Origin: Ministeria vibrans ATCC 50519
Taxonomy: Eukaryota; Protista; Filasterea
Reading direction: 5' to 3'
Assembly: GCA_943704425.1 (NCBI GenBank)
Contig: CALSCP010002362.1
Coordinates: forward strand, 21,053 to 85,052
Length of the DNA stretch: 64,000 bases
Positions within the stretch are counted from its first letter, which is position 1; each line of letters starts with the position of its first letter. Shown in pieces: positions 63,135 through 64,000 of the stretch. Under the pieces are notes generated by a model, which saw only the letters and a program-made list of their open reading frames with translations, was not told the DNA's origin and did not search any database. Made by a program: the position numbers and the translations under genes.

Positions 63135-63372
63135 TTCGCAAACAGAATAGACGAAAAGAGTGAGATGAGGCAGTGAAATGTGAATTGATTGTAATGTGAA
63201 AATGTGAGAGTCGATTCAAGTTTCAAACTATTGTGCATACACGTCAATTATTTTATTTGCCGTCTCCAAAAACAAAAAGGAACAAAAAGAAAGAAGCAAA
63301 CAACCACCAAACTTGTCGTATCCGACACGTTGAGCTGCATTTGTGTGGTTATTGGCTGTGGTTTCTTTCTTC

Positions 63373-64000
63373 ATGTCGGATAAGTGGGTTGAGGACGAAT
63401 GTTCGCGTCATAACGGCCCCAGCGACGAAGAGCGTCCGCCGCCACCCGCTGTTGACCCCGAGGCTTCTAAAAGGTACCCACGCACCCTCTGCGAGGCCCG
63501 CCGGGCACCAGCGTGCCCGTACGCCCTTGCAAACGCAAACCACGGCCCATCCTGACCGCTGTGCACCCCTACCCCGGGCCCCGGCGCGCTTCGAGTTGCC
63601 GCGAGCCCGTCTTGTGGGGGCTTAGCACGCCTCTATGGCAGCGACCGTTGCCTCCGGCCGCCTCTCAGCGCACTTGGCCGAAAGTGGAAAGAAAAAAAGA
63701 TCGTCGAATCGGTTCTTATGGCTCGCCTTCAGCCCACCTTCATGGATACATATGGTCTTGGTGCAGTGCGTGTACCGCTGCCTGGCTCGGTGTGCGTCGT
63801 GTCGGCCGCATTTGGTGCTCACCGCACTGTTTATATTCGTAGAAAGCGAATGGCGATGGCCGTTGCACTCGCTGCTGAGGCGGGAAACGCCCAGGAGATC
63901 CAGGTAGGCGTCGTGCTCTGGCCCATCGAACCCCCTCCAACCACGCCTGTGAACCCACCGCCGCATACAGCGCTTCGCCTCTTTTTTTTTTTTTTTTTTT
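63373..64000 (+). CDS. 5' part of a gene running off the window (possibly deaminase-like)
   Basis: MSDKWVEDEC...EASKR spliced to KRMAMAVALAAEAGNAQEIQ|gt; weak resemblance to TadA/ADAT2 first helix. Confidence 0.3.

Overview
Gene-dense eukaryotic genomic DNA with short GT-AG introns, many head-to-head gene pairs, CT/AG and AAT microsatellites and two assembly gaps. A tyrosine kinase, adhesion GPCR, MAP3K1, RUNDC1, a Notch-like protein and a lanosterol-type oxidosqualene cyclase suggest a unicellular holozoan (inference). Housekeeping genes: ACLY, LSS, NFU1, PFDN5, SPNS1, mitochondrial phosphate carrier, SLX4, SERF, CHMP6, DHDH, RUNDC1, RNF4, MAP3K1, PP2A B'', OST3/TUSC3, TMX1. The most interesting part is 7.9-31.8 kb. 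It holds a large adhesion-GPCR/tyrosine-kinase fusion receptor whose ectodomain starts with two amnionless (AMN)-like modules. Beside it are two secreted paralogues, with a third gene 10 kb away, that all start with a cubilin-N-terminus-like beta-strand/coiled-coil segment; the two paralogues carry constant-frame, variable-loop solenoid repeats. This suggests a CUBAM-like modular receptor with exchangeable ligand-binding subunits wired to 7TM and phosphotyrosine signalling (hypothesis). There is also an EGF-less proto-Notch-like gene (NOD-like, TM, ankyrin) at 58-60.5 kb and a Tom6-like microprotein gene missed by the ORF track. All homology calls are from motif recognition by eye; no searches were run.
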